From: Eledone cirrhosa
Lineage: Eukaryota
DNA: 64,000 bases
Direction of reading: 5' to 3'
Assembly: GCA_964016885.1 (NCBI GenBank)
Contig: OZ024740.1
Span: 103,168,001-103,232,000, forward strand
Positions 25,000-39,159 of this stretch are shown here, piece after piece. The notes beneath the pieces were generated by a model. The model ran no database searches, was not told the origin of the DNA, and was given only the letters and a program-made list of their open reading frames with translations. Numbering within the stretch: the first letter of the stretch is position 1; each line of letters begins with the position of its first letter. A program made the position numbers and the translations under genes.

Positions 25000-26156
25000 T
25001 AGGAAGAAAAAGTACAGATTAGAGGTTAGAAATTAAAAGAAAAGAGGAAGAAAGGAAAGTGATAAATAGGAATGATATAAAATGAGTAACTAGTATTATA
25101 TAATGTATAATAAATAATATTGAAATAAGGTAGAAAGATGGGTATATTTTTGGAAGGTTCTGTATTGTTGGAAAGTTTAGATGGTAGTGTCTGAGTTTTT
25201 GTCGATTATTAGAATTACTGGCACTGGTTCGTTTGATCGACTGTTTAGAGTTGACAAGTTGTTTTATCACAGGTGTCTTCCATTCTTTAAGTAAATGATT
25301 TAGAAATATCTGTACTTGGGAGTCAGAAGAATCAAGCAGTTCTTTCATATATTCTTCAACATCTAAGTTTCATATATTCTTCAACAACTAAGTTTTTTTC
25401 AAGACAATGGTTGTTGAGAGGACATTTATTTTTTAACAGGGCAATTACAATTGCGATTAGAGAAATTAACAGTTATTAACAAGTGACCTAGTGTTATCTA
25501 TAGGAGGAATTGGATTGGAGAAGTTATTTACAATAGGAATAATAGTTTCCTGGTTTAGATTGGTATTAAGAACATTTGACGAAGTTACGTTTGACGTCGT
25601 ATTTGAGTTTGCAGAAACTAGCCTAGAGTTAACAATGACGTCGGGAGTACTACTGCTATTATTATGACATTCAGTGTTGGAAGGAAGTGATTTAGTATTT
25701 AATATTTTATTGTTGTGTTTAGAGATAATGTTGGAGATGTTGGAGGAACAACAGGAAAATGTTATTGTATGTTTGTTAAATATTTTACTATAGATATGTG
25801 AGGGAGGGAAGCATTTATTTAAGGCACTAAAGAATAATTTAGGAATATTATTATTAATAGAAATAGAGAAAGGAGCATTATACCAGATTATATTTTTGTA
25901 TCTAGGTCTTTTATTTATGTTATTGGAATGATCATAATCAATTATTTTACTGTAAGATCTTCTAGGATTGGTTTCTTTACTGTATTTGATTTTATCAGGA
26001 TAACCGGCTTTAGAAAGCGTGTTATTATAGTAATTGGCGTTAGCATCAAAGATATTTTTATTAGATGATAGGTTTCATATTCTTTTTCCAATATTACTAA
26101 CTATAGCATTTCTAATGTTAGTGGGGTGGTTAGATTAACATAATTTAGATTCTCAT
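25000..26156 (-). mobile_element. Penelope-like element relic (RT thumb/linker and start of GIY-YIG)
   Basis: Manual translation: SNHPTNIRNAIVSNIGKRI*NLSSNKNIFD..YYNNTLSKAGY; KNIIWYNAPFS..KCFPPSHIYSKIFNKHTITFS; CNCPVKNKCPLNNHCLEKN. Confidence 0.85.
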
Positions 26157-26214
26157 TATATATATATACATACATACATACATACATACATACATACATA
26201 CATACATACATACA

Positions 26215-26806
26215 TGGTGGCTGCCAACTCGTTTTCGAGTACGGCCACTACTTTATATCCATGTAGGAGGACCCCTACCGATGCGCTGAACGAGTGTGAC
26301 TTTTCAGTCCGGCCAGCGACTTGAAAACTTTGGTACAAACACTACACATGTGACAATTATTGACACATAGTGCTGGGCCCATGGTACCATGTGACGACAA
26401 GTGCAGAGAGATCTCCAGATATAAAGCAATGCCTGTGCCGTGAAGTTTTTATAGTGAGCAAAGGCACTGCACAAAGCCAGTCCCACTCTCTTAACCAAGA
26501 TGATATTTACCAAAAAGAAGAACAAGTCAACATCATTGGATATCATCAGGTTTGCAGGTGTGATATCAGAGTTTTCCTTCTCCTAGAATTCTGCCTTGAC
26601 AAAGGCTAAGGGGTCATCTCTCCCGGTGATTTTGGATGGCCATTGACTCTTAAGAGCTCCTTTTCCCTTTGACAGGTTTTGTTTTTAGTCCTGCAGGATG
26701 TCCAAAGTCACCCTCCTCACCAAGAAACCTTGGTGGGGTTGCCAGTTTAGTCGCCAACGACCCGACCATGGGACAGGTTGTACTGGGATACATGTTACCA
26801 GTAGCA
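26215..26806 (-). mobile_element. RTE-type 5'UTR-like repeat inserted in (TACA)n
   Basis: Homologous to 6543-6736; (TACA)n on both sides. Confidence 0.6.
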
Positions 26807-27623
26807 CATACATACATACATACATATACAATATATTAATAAATGGAAACTGATATTATTTACCATTTTCTAATCTTTTGCTTCTTCTTTTCTCTTGCGT
26901 TTGTTGACGCGCTATTCCCTGGAGAAAAATGGCGCCAAACTTTTCCTTTTGAAAGAATAATGTGATTTGTCACGTGATTGTGTTCACGTGATATTACCTC
27001 TAAATATGTGAATGCGTATATACACCACACATATATATATATACGCAGAAACACACACATACAATAACGACCAGTACTACGATTCTGGGAAGATGAAGCT
27101 CTCTGCCGCAGAATAAATGATATTTAATTTTAATAATAATACTAATAATATATATATATATATATTTCTTAATTGAATTGATTATCATTATCGTTTTTAT
27201 GGCAAAAGATAGACAGAGAGGGAAAGAGATAGACAGAGGGAAAGATTTTGACACACATATATATATATATGATAGAAAGAAGAGAAAAAAACGAGACCCT
27301 TAGAAACGAATAAGAGTCATCAAAGCGATCATATGTATTGCTTTAAACTGTAATACGAAGGGATACACTAGTATTTGAGGTATCATCATTTGGGATTTTA
27401 ACCCTCGGACTTTTCCCTCCCGGTTTTGAAATTTAGGGAAAATTTAGGGGTGACTGGGAATATTACATAATGTAGGGATTTTCTTTTCCTTTTCTATCAT
27501 TTCTTATTTATGTATTTATATATTTATTTATCTACTCTCGTGATTGATATTCCGACAAATGTTAGGGGTGTATTTTGGTTTTTTATTATGTCAGGTACAG
27601 CATCCAAAAATTTCTCCCTTCCC

Positions 27624-27663
<40 letters not shown>

Positions 27664-27665
27664 AA

Positions 27666-27743
27666 CACAGTGTCCCAAAAAATGTATACACACTTCAACA
27701 GCAAAGTAATCAAAGTGTGTATATATTTTGGAGGGACACCGTG
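27666..27743. mobile_element. Tiny Tc1/mariner-like MITE (TIR hairpin)
   Basis: cacagtgtcccaaaaaatgtatacacactt versus the inverted aagtgtgtatatattttggagggacaccgtg. Confidence 0.6.
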
Positions 27744-28337
27744 TGTATATATATGTGTGTGTATGTGTAACTAGTAAAACTGTAAAAACGCAGCGGTATA
27801 TTCTAATTTGGCCCTTTTAAGGGCCACCTATATTTTCATTTAAGTAACTCCACTTACATCTATATGCTTTAATGAAAAAAAAATAAAAAACGCGTGAATA
27901 AAAAAAAAAAATTTCATTTAAGTAACCCCACTTACGCGTAATACGGAAATAAACGATGTTTTGCTTTCATCGGCTGCTTCGACTTACAGCTAATAGCGTT
28001 GTAGTGCCAATAAAAGAGAGATGTTTGTTGGTTGGTTCCTTCGCGTATCACACGAAAAAAACGAAAAGTGACAATCGGAAAGTATGTACAGGATTGGGAT
28101 AAGAGTATATCCAGGAAAGTTTATTGATACTAATTTTATAACACCAAAGAAGAAGAAAGACATACCACGTATGCTAACCAATCTGACTGCTATTTCTAGC
28201 AGGCTGGGAATCAACCATAAGGGATTCTCTCTGCGAGTTCATTGTCAGTGATGATCGTGTTTCGTGGCCTATGTCTCCGATTCCAATGATGGTTTACACA
28301 CACACACACACACGCGCGCGCGCGAACACTCACACAG

Positions 28338-28399
<62 letters not shown>

Positions 28400-28597
28400 G
28401 CACACACACGCGCGAACACTCACACAGGCACACACACACACACACAGATATATATATACACACACATATATATATACACAAACACACTCAAACATACACA
28501 CACACACACACACACACAATACACACACACTGTAAACAAGACAATGCATTCAATACAGACGTTTTCTCTTCTCCCGGTCTTCTCTTATCATTTATTA

Positions 28598-28627
28598 ACC
28601 TTGGCGAAGCTGGGTACCTCAGCTAGT
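28598..28627 (+). mobile_element. Helitron-like 3' terminus
   Basis: ccttggc-gaa-gctggg hairpin followed by tacctcagCTAG|T. Confidence 0.55.
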
Positions 28628-28644
28628 ATATATATATATATATG

Positions 28645-31590
28645 TTGTATGGTTGCTAGGATGCATCCATAGGCGGTATGTTCCGATGCATCACTGATTC
28701 TTCGTATAGATATACGGGGGTGAGCCCCTGAGTCCAGTAAGACAACCTCTCTACAGCTGATGGCACAAATAAAAGCACCCAGTCCATGCTGTAAAGTGGT
28801 GCTGGTGTTAGGAAGGGCATCCAACCAGTGTATTAATGCCAAAACAATTATGAGCAGAACAACAAATATATATCATAATAACTGCGTAAACAGCAATAGC
28901 ACTAACCATGTTAGGGCTGTGCACGGTAGTGGGGTGGCTAGTGCAGCCATGTGCAAGAACCCCCCCCCCCCCCCCCGACCGTCATCAAGCAATCATACAA
29001 CATGATTATAAACCATTTTTCTTTGCAGAAAAGGAAGAAACAATGAAAGACGTCGCATCTCAGGGTTGCCACACTTAATGTTGGCACCCTAGCAGGTAGA
29101 TCAGGTGAGATAGTGGAGATACTAGAGAGAAGACATGTGGATGTGTGCTGCGTGCAAGAGGTGAGATGGGGAGGTAACGCAGCAAGACTAATCGCAGGCA
29201 AATATCTTAGCTATAAGCTTTTCTGGGTAGGAAATGATGATGGGTTAGGTGGGGTAGGCATTTTAATGGCCAAGAGATGGGTCAATAAGACAATAAAGGT
29301 AGTTAGAGTCAGTAATAGAACAATTAAGATTAGATTAGTTGTAGGCAAGAGACTGCTGACAATTATCTCTACCTATGCTCCCCAGGCAGGCCTAGGTAAA
29401 GAAGAGAAAGACTGCTTTTACAAGCAACCACAATGACAGAGGACAGAGACCTAGTTATACTAGCAGGGGAATTCAATGGTCATGTTGGACAGCTCCAGGA
29501 TGGATACACTGGGGTACATGGTGGTCATGGTTAAGAAATGAAGGAGTGAGGCTTCTTGGATTTTGTGATGCAAGTGAACTAACCATTTGCAACACTAACT
29601 TCAAGAAACCTACCAACCACCTAATAACTTACCAATCAGGTGAGCACATAAGCCAGATTGACTTCTTGCTAGTTAGTCAACGAGACAGACAGATGGTGTC
29701 AAATACTAAGGCCTACCCTGGGGAAGAATGTATGCCCCAGCATAAGTTAGTCATTAGTAACATCTCAATAAGCAAGAGACAAAATGAAACACACGGGAAG
29801 GTATGGAAAAGGAAGGTCTGGAAGCAAAAAGACCTTTCACTAAAATATAAATTTAGGAAAGCCCTTCAAGATGTGCATGATGAAAAAGAAGACAAATTAG
29901 AATCGTATGACATAGATGATAACTGGAATTTCTTACATGACAACTTACTGCAGGCTACTGAAGAAACTTGTGGCTGGAGCAGAGCTCCAACCTGACAGAG
30001 GGTGACTTGGTGGTGAAACAACACAGTAGATAGGGCCATTAAAGACAAAAGACTAGCATGGAAGGCTTGGGAAAATGGTGGGAGTAGGGACTGATACACA
30101 GCCGCTAAAAGAGAAGCTAGACGTCAGGTGTACTTAGCACGCAGGGACGCTGAGAGTAGGAGGTTTACCAATGTTCTGCGACAGGAAGATCAGAGACGTG
30201 CGGTGTTCCGCATTGCAAGGCAGTGTGTCAGTGTAAATCGGGATGATGTTGGAGATAAGTGTGTCCGAAATGATGCTGGTGCACTTAGTGTCACTGTTGT
30301 TCAGAAAAAGGAGGCCTGGAAATGTCATTATGAGAGACTGATGAATGTTGAGAACAAATGGGAGAGAGAGAAACTACCCCCAGTAGACCCGACAGAGGGA
30401 CCAGTTATTGAGATTTGACAACTATAGGGTCAAAGAGGCAATTAATGAAATGAAAAGTGGTAAGGCTGCTGGATCGTCAGGGATAGTTGCTGAGATGCTG
30501 AAGGCATCAGGAGAAGTAGGAACTAAACTGGTTGCACGCATCGTCAATCAAGCTATATATGGCAGAGTCATACCCAAAGACTGATGCAGCAGTATTCTTA
30601 TAAATTGCTACAGAGGTAAAGGGGATGCTCTGGAGAGGAGCAATTATAAGGGCATAAAACTGATGGATCAGGTTATGAAAGTGGCAGAAAGAATACTTTG
30701 CAACTAATGAGAGAAAGGGTCAAATTAGATGAGATGCAGTTTAGTTTTGTGCCTGGCAAAAGTACAACAGATACCCTCTTCTTAGTGAGACAACTACAAG
30801 AGAGGTTCTTAGAGAAGAATAAGCCACTATACTTAGCTTTTGTTGACCTAGAGAAAGCCTTTGAGTACCCCGATCTGTCATCTAGTGGTCCCTAAGGAAA
30901 CTAGGTGTAGAGGAATGGCTTGTGAGAACAGTGCAAGCTATGTACAGGGGTGCTGTCAGTAAAGTGAGAGTAGGAATGGAGTTTAGTGAGGAATTCCAGA
31001 TACAAGTAGGTGTACATCAAGGTTCAGTCCTCAGCCCACTTTTGTTCATTATAGTTCTCCAAGCCATAACAGAGGAGTTTAAGACTGGCTGCCCATGGGA
31101 ACTTCTCTATGCTGACGATCTGGTACTTATAGCAGAATCAGTAAAAGAGCTAGAGAATAAATTCTGGCTAGGGAAACAGCAGTTGGAATCAAGAGAGTGA
31201 GCCTAGCTAAGACTAAAGTGTTGATAAGTAGAAAAGAGGACAATGGCCATGTTCGATATGTATAAAAGGAGTTGGCATAAATTCTATAAAATGTACACAA
31301 TGCAGATCTTGAGTACACAAGAGGTGTAGTGGGATAGCAGGTAGGGAAAACCACATGCGCAGTAGATGTACAGGGAAATTTGACGTAGGATCTATAGAAT
31401 TGGTTGATAGCTTCCGATACCTAGGTGATCAGATTAGCAAGGGAGGAGGGTGCTCCGAGGCCATATTATCTAGAATAAAGATGGGTTGGAAGAAGTTTAG
31501 GGAGCTGCTTCCTCTGTTGACAAAGAAGGGTTTCTCCCTATGAACAAAAGGCCAGTTATATGATGCCTGTGTGAGATGCGCGATACTGCA
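28645..31590 (+). mobile_element. RTE-clade LINE (APE endonuclease + RT + PHD-like finger), near full length, degraded
   Basis: VATLNVGTL, VCCVQEVRW, STYAPQ, SQIDFLL, FVDLEKAF, GVHQGSVLSPLLF, LLYADDLVL, FRYLGD; many stops and frameshifts. Confidence 0.93.
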
Positions 31591-32292
31591 GGGTGCAAAG
31601 GGCTGTTTCAGGCTGTTAATGTCAGGTTTACATGATTGTGGTAATAAATAGCAAATCCTCATTAACAGTCAATGAGAATGGATACTCTCTACTACTTCCA
31701 CTTTATGTGGCTGTATGTGTGTGTGTAGTTCTATTCTGTATGCATAAACACACTAGCAACCAATTTATAACATAACACTTGTTGTGTAATCCTATGTAAT
31801 CTGCTGGAAATGACACCCAAAGTTTTATAATACCCTACATTCTTAAAAAGAAGGTCATGTTGGATAATGTAGTCCCCAAAATAGATGATCATGAAAGAAA
31901 TACCTTTTGGTTGTTGGTCTGCTGGATCAGGGATGACTTGGGATTAAACAACGTGTGATAACATTTTAAATTATTTCCTTCTCCTATCCTCCACTGCTTT
32001 CTACATCCCCACTCCATCTCTTTACCATCCTGTTTTCATCCCACACTCATTGTTGAAATAAACAACATAGATTAGTTATTGTTTTCTTTATATAGCTCCT
32101 ATAGATAACAGTTAACTTCATGAAAATATTACTGGGTGATGGTCATCATCATATCACTATTTTTATTATTTTTTGTAGTCTAAAAACGTGTAATGCTTAT
32201 TACACACACACTCTGTCTTCTTGTGCTGTCATAATGTTTTTCTTGATGTCAACCCTTGTGGTGAATAGAGAAATCATTATTATTATTATTAT

Positions 32293-35200
32293 TGGTCTGT
32301 TCGGATGTCTTTTTGCTCGCTCCCAGTAAGTCTCTTATAATTATTTGTTGTTAAATTTTTCTTGTTGTGTAAGAGATATAAGCCCTTGGACTTTGCCCTG
32401 TGAAGGGGAAAGTATAATATTTGGGCCTTTTGGCCAAAATATTTGAACATTTTACTTTTAAAAATAAAAAAAAAACATGGCTGAGCCACGCCCCCCAGCA
32501 ATATGTCTGCTGTCGTGTGACAACGGCGTAAAAGTTGAGAGGAGGGTTACAGAAATTGATACAACAAACACCACCACAAACAACGTGAACAAAGACAACA
32601 ACACTGAGAACACTAATTTTTTAAAAATTACCACACCAACTACAACAATAACAGCAACAACCAAAATACAGACAACAGAAAAAAATGACAACACCAACAG
32701 CAACAATACAAATTGTACCGAAAACAACAACAATGGTGGCACCAAAAACACAACCAACTACAACAATGATAACAGCAACAACACCAACAACACCGTTTGT
32801 AGCAGTAGCAACAGCAACAGATCAACAACAAGACCAGTAGAAGCAGTAGTGGCAGCAATAATGGTGCCACTGAAAAAAGGGCCACTTCTTCGCAGGTGTG
32901 GCCCAAAATATAGAGACAGTGCTAGTCACGGAGGAGAAGATGACAATCGCAAGAGCCATGGTGACAAGAAATGACAATAGAGTTTCCCTGAAACCTCCAC
33001 CCGATTTCTTCAAAGACCAGCAGCTGCGCTGTAAGCAAAATGTCACATCGGGTGGAGAGAGCCATGGAGGCTCAAATCCAAAAGGTCTTGGGGTGCGTCT
33101 GGGCACACAAAACCCACATCACACGAGGCAAAAGGTACGCCACAGTAGACGTACTTTTTGCCACCCCAGAGAGGCGAAGTCTCACTCTTTGGAAACCCTA
33201 AAGAGTGAGGAGATAGTCTTAGTGCCCTCCTACTACAGAAAAATAAATTGTGAGGGTCAAAGTGACCGAGGTCCTGCCCGACGTGCCCATACCTTGGCTG
33301 GCTGCGTCTGTACTTGTTGGAATCGAGGAGAAAACCACCACACTGCAAATACAGAGAATGGGAAGAGAGAACTGGTCAGGAATAGACATGCAAATGCTAA
33401 TACAAACTGACCAGGAGTCCATCGAGGCCATCCTAGATATCATAGACCTCAAGGAAGGACTCCAACTCCCTATAAGCATGGCAGGAAGGTGCCCAAAGTG
33501 CTATCTCTGTGTGGGCAGAAGGGTCACCTCAGGGCCTTCTGCCCACAGAAGACAGCCAAGAAGAGAGCCTGCCTCCTTCTGACGCCTGATCCACTGCAAC
33601 CAAGAGCAAGGCAGGCAACAGAGGCAGAAGACCCTTCCATGGTGAGTAGGAGGACAACGTACACGGCACCCATACTAAGGCCACAGGGAACTAAAACAGC
33701 AGCAGCAGTGGTAGCAACACCAACAGTCGCAGTATCTACACCGGTGGCAAAATCGCCGGAGTGGGCTCCACTACCACCACCACCAACAGCAGTGGAGCCC
33801 ATACCCCTCCCAGATGCCACGGAATCTGACATGGAGTATGAGGCAGGAGGGAAGAGGCAAACGGTCTGCCACAAAAAACAAAAAACAAAAAAGCCCTTAG
33901 CTTTTCCCTCCAAAAGCAAAGGCAAACAAAGAGGAGTAAAGGCTGCAAGGAGACTTGCAGCAACACCACCATCACCATCACCACCACAAGCATCACCACC
34001 AACAACAACCACACCACCACCAGCATCACGAAAAACACCAACATCGCAAACACAACAAAGCACACACACTCAACAGCAACAACAAGAAAACAGCAACAAA
34101 ACCACCTCCGCCCCAAAAAGTACTCAGCCATAAACATGGCAAATAAAGAACTCCTACAACATATAAAGCAGCACACAGACATCACAGAAAAAAATTACTA
34201 CACTACACCAAGAACTCTCCCGAAAAATATAAACATCATTGAAATTAAAATAGAACATTACAAACTTTTAAAAGAAAAATTCCCCAACGCAATTGGAGAC
34301 TTCAGAGGGTCGGTTACCAAGAGGATATACACCGACATCATCTTGGAAACACCCATGACCAGCCAAAGGGACGGTTCTACTGTCCATTCCTCACACGTTC
34401 AAGGTAAGGGATCCTTTCTCACTTACCCTGTTTCTCATCCAACATGGCCGTACTTAGAATAGGCAGTACGTGGCCTGGGGTCATCTTGGAAGCAGGGTTA
34501 CCTGCTCACCGACCTCAGGTCCCTAAATATAGATGTGGTGAGCATCAGTGAGACCAGAATCTCCGAAGCACGAGCCTTCGCACCGATCTTCGGTGGCTAC
34601 GATGTATACGTATCTCCCAGCCGTCCAGGATCGGGGGAGGAGTTGCTGTGCTTTTTCGGAGAGGCTTGGATCTCGCCATACGGGCCATCTTCCTGGACCC
34701 AGAAGGTAGGTTGGTGGTGCTGGACGTGACCGGCAGCGAAGGCAATGCTTTCAGGCTAGTAGCCGTCTACGCCCCAACAGCGGCAGGATGGCCAGATTTC
34801 TTCAGACGTCTAGAGACCTTTCCTGGAACATCCCGCTCTTCAGTGTTAGTGGGCGACTGGAACGGTATCTTAGTTGCACGCTGGGATTATGTAGGGCTAG
34901 TAGACAGGGGACGAGGGTGTAAAAGCCTCAACAACCTGCTCAGACGTTTTGAACTGTGTGACAGGTATAGACTGGATTATCCGAATGTGCCAATGTGGAC
35001 ATGGGCAAACTGCATTGCGTCATCCAGATCGTATTTAGATAGGGTATTCTGTAGGGAAACAGATAATGCTAGTGTAGGTTGTCAACAATTTAAAGTAGTC
35101 GACTACACGGACCACAGATTTGTGATGTGTAAAGTTGACTTAGATAGACTCCATAGGCAAGGGCCCAGCTACTGGAAGATGAACGGGTCTTTCCCGGTGC

Positions 35201-36610
35201 GCACAGCTTACAGAGACCGGATTAGCGAATTAGTTAAGCGTGCGTTGACGGGTGCAATCGTCAACAACAGGTGGTGGTTTACCCTGAAAAGGGCTATTAG
35301 GGCTGACAGGAGGCTGTCTCTGAAAGGTCAGGCGGAGGTGGCGATTGCATACATCGCGTCCGTCATCTACTACCGCCTGACTGCCCTACCTTGCCCCCGC
35401 CCAACTCTGACCAAAATGGAGCACCTTCTCTTCCGTTTTTTGTGGAAGGGACGTGCTCCCATGGTCAGACGATCCATTTGCTGTCAACACCCGTTGCGTG
35501 CAGGACTAGGCATGCCGTGGCTGATGATGCACAAATATGCACTGAGGCTGCGACATCTCTGGTGCTTCCTTGACGGTGAACAGGTGTTGTCGCCGTTTGC
35601 CAGACGAGCTTTTCCCCAGCTTGTCTCCTTCACTGACTTGCAGTCCTGGATCAGGAAAAGACCGAGGGATAGCGCTTGGAAGCTGGAATGTCTCCAAGCG
35701 CTCACCGCCCTCTACCAGCTGTGCACTAGTATCCCTGGAACATCCACCTCGGCATTTTATAGAGAGCTAGGGGAGGAGAAAGAGCGATGACGTTCTTGGG
35801 GAGAGCCTGGCATCAAAGACGATCAGCTGTTCGCTCTCTTCAAGAGAACTTTCAGACGGGGGCCTATGGACAACTTCCAGAAATCCCTGGCCTGGCAGTG
35901 CTACCAGGGAGTGTTGCCAGTTCGGGATAAGCTCTACAGGCACGGAGGTGCTGTCAGCCGAGCCTGTCCGAGATGAGCACAGAGCGACGAAACCGTCCTG
36001 CATGCACTCGTTCAGTGCCCGAGGATTGCTGACTTGTGGAGCTATGTCGAACAGCTGCTGTCGCGTGTAGGACAGATCCAGTTATCGAATGAGTCCATTG
36101 TTCAGATAGCCCCGCCATCCTCCTTTAAATATGAGGAAGGGCAGGCAGTTTTCCTCTGCCTGGTGGCCATGGCAAAAGAGATTGTGTGGTGGACAAGGTT
36201 GAAAGGCTTGAAGGCAGACACTTTCCTCTCCAGCTAATCCCTGATTCAAGTTTCACTTGAAGAGGAAAATAAAATCAGGGTGGAGAGGCAAGTGCTGTCT
36301 TCTACTAAGTTTGTTGAAAGGTGGGTGAAAATGGCGAGTCTGGTCCAAGTGAACGGGCCCGCTCTGAGTATGCGCCTGTAGACTGAGGAGTGGGAAAACA
36401 GAGAGGGCGCTTGCCCTGGTGGTCAGGGTGGCCGTGATCTTTTGTGTGGTTTTCGCCACGAGTGATCCTCGGTGGTTTCCCCCTTTTTGGGGAATTTTTG
36501 TTGCTTGAATTTTTTTTTTATTTATATCCCGATTTCTATCTTGTGCTGTCTCTAATGTTTTTCTTCATTAAAGCCCTTGTGGCCAATAAAGAAACCATTA
36601 TTATTATTAT
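32293..36610 (+). mobile_element. L1/Tx1-like LINE with ORF1 and an internally deleted ORF2
   Basis: ORF1 zinc knuckle CPKCYLCGQKGHLRAFCP (across frames). APE motifs ISETR, VYAP, VGDWN, SYLDR, TDH. C-terminal LSLKG..GLGMP and CPR..ETVLHALVQCP. AATAAA and (ATT)n tail. Confidence 0.88.
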
Positions 36611-36611
36611 T

Positions 36612-36745
36612 GGTTAACTTTGCCTTTCATCCTTACGGGGTTGATAAAATAAAGTACCAGTAATGCACTGGGATTGATTTAATCGACTTACCCCTCCCCT
36701 TCAAATTACTGGCCTTGTGCTAAAGTAGAAATAATAATAATAATA

Positions 36746-36786
<41 letters not shown>

Positions 36787-37010
36787 GGGCAGTGGATTGG
36801 CAGTATCGGTAGAGGGTCGGACGCCATGCTTTGCAGCATAGAGTCACACCGCTTTATGATCTGAGTTCAAATCCTGCCGAGGTTAACTTTGCCTTTCATC
36901 CTTACGGGGTTGATAAAATAAAGTACCAGTCACGCACTGGGGTCGATTTAATCGACTTTCCCTTCTCCCAAAATTGCTGGCCTTGTGCCCATATAAGAAA
37001 TTATTATTAT
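36612..37010 (+). mobile_element. Two tandem SINE family B copies
   Basis: 3' half at 36612-36730 and a full copy at 36787-37000, separated by (AAT)/(ATT)n. Confidence 0.85.
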
Positions 37011-37934
37011 TATTATTAAAAGTAGATATTTGTTCCAGCTCTTCCTGTTCTGAGTTCAGATCCCAAGTAGTGGGTCAATATAATCAACTTTTCCTTCCCT
37101 CCCCCCTCAAAATTGTTGGCCTGGTAGAACCTAAGGATATAAACAGTAACAAACTGAAACAACTAATTCAATGTTGTTGTTGTTTGGCTCCACAATATAA
37201 AGCTACTTTCAAGTGTTTATATTTATTAAAAAATTAGATATATATAAAACAATTCCTTGGTATAACCTAAGAATATTAAACAGTAACAAATTGAAACTCA
37301 ACTGAATTGATATTGTTATTTGGGACTGTAAACCAAAATAGTGCTCTTCTGTGGAAGTTAGCAGCTCACTTGATCTATTTACCATTGACGAGGAGGCCTG
37401 CAAATCTAGTACCTTTCCAAAGTGTACTTTCAGAGCTTTATACCCATAATTATTGACTGAGAAGATATGTCCCAACCTATCTGAATCAGAGTATGGCTGA
37501 ACTTGGATTATTGGGAAAAGAACAGAGCTACATATGTCATAAGCTACAGATGATCTCTATATGTAACACTATAAAATAAAGCTCCATATATCATAAACTA
37601 CAGATGATCTCTATATCTAAGACTACAAAAATTCTGCAATTTAAAAATATGATGGTGATATCCTTTCTTTACAGCATTGCTATTGAGAAGGCAGCCTGTA
37701 AAATTTAATACTAAATTTAATAAACAGGAAGATAATTTATACTTAAATATTTACTTACATACTATCACCAGCACAAAACAGACAGACCAGATAGACCAGC
37801 TGATATGGACATATGATTTTGAAGGGGCCTAATTCTCTTAAGATTTAAGTTTTTGGTTCTGTTATGTTATGTGTAAGTATATCATGTACACTACAACCCA
37901 TACATTATTCATATGTTTTAAAATCCCAAAGTCA

Positions 37935-38255
37935 TTTGTGACTGAAGGAGGTCTTTACCCTTTTACCATGAGATTGCACCTAGAAAGTTCCCCTTCCAAG
38001 ACACAAGTCCAGGCAAGTTTGTTAGTAGAAGTCCAGCAGTTGCCCATGCATACAGGTCTCCTCTCTCCACGCCACCAATGTTGTCCAAGGGAAAGGCAAA
38101 TGCCAATAGAGCTTGGCATTAATGACATCACAATTCATTTCTACAGCTGAGTGAACTGGAGCAGCATGAAATAAAGTTTCTTGCTCAAGGATACAATACA
38201 CCACACTGTCCAATTGTAGACCCAATACTCGAACAACTGAGACATGTGCCTTCAC
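37935..38255 (-). mobile_element. SINE related to family A (same core, different tail)
   Basis: catttctacagctgagtgaactggagcagcatgaaataaagtttcttgctcaagg...catgtgccttcac. Confidence 0.7.
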
Positions 38256-38537
38256 TACATATGTATTACTGATTACTAAAATACTAAAGTAATCTGAAAT
38301 GGAGCCTAGATTTCATATTTGGTCTGTGCTAATGACTAGCTGGGGTGGGGGTCTATATTTCACATCTAAAATTATAGAGTTAAGCCAATATGTATGGGTT
38401 TGACTATAAATTATTAACTTCAAAATATCACTTATAACTTCATCTGTAAAAATCTTTAATACATTCTAGAAATTTAAAGTCTAAAATGTTATGTAAAGGG
38501 AGCATTAAAGAGAATATGCCTTTTACTCTCTCTCTCC

Positions 38538-38574
<37 letters not shown>

Positions 38575-38905
38575 CCTCTCTCTTCATTTAAAGTGTGAAT
38601 TAAACATGTGTGTGTGTGTGTTTATTCATTTTTTTTCTTTCTCTTACTTTCTCTGTCACCTTTCTGCTTTTGCAATACATTCCTTACTTGCATTGTGGTG
38701 AATTAAAATAGACTAAATATATTAAAACACAAAGAGAAAATACGCTAATATACATGCATGTATGGATGAGCTTTATGCATAATCAGGTATAAAAACAGTC
38801 AAACATAACTGACTGAGCCCTTAAGTCATATATAAGTTGACTACAGGTTTTATTTTACTAGAAAAAGTATGAGTCACTGTCAACATTTTCTTCATAAAAT
38901 ATAAA

Positions 38906-38943
<38 letters not shown>

Positions 38944-39120
38944 TAAGTATGTATACGTACATACATATATGTATACAGACGTACACTCGTATATATGCAC
39001 GTATGGATTTAGCGAACATTTATTATAATGCTCGGTGTGTTTGTAAACAAACATCCCGAATTAAGCCATACAGTGTTTAGCAAACATCGTTGCCCTTTTG
39101 TTCAACACTGACAAAGGAAA

Positions 39121-39159
39121 GATGTACTAGTTTCAAGCTTATTAGCTATCATCAGCACC
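39121..39159 (-). ncRNA. Minimal type-I hammerhead ribozyme
   Basis: Minus strand: ggtg CTGATGA t-agct-aata-agct-t GAAA c-ta-GTA catc. Complete core, palindromic ACTAGT stem III, GUA site. Confidence 0.8.

Noticed and set aside
26075-26079. Selenocysteine TGA in the Penelope ORF (KRI*NLSS)
   Set aside because: The position is normally Ser (TCA>TGA), and the relic has other disabling lesions.
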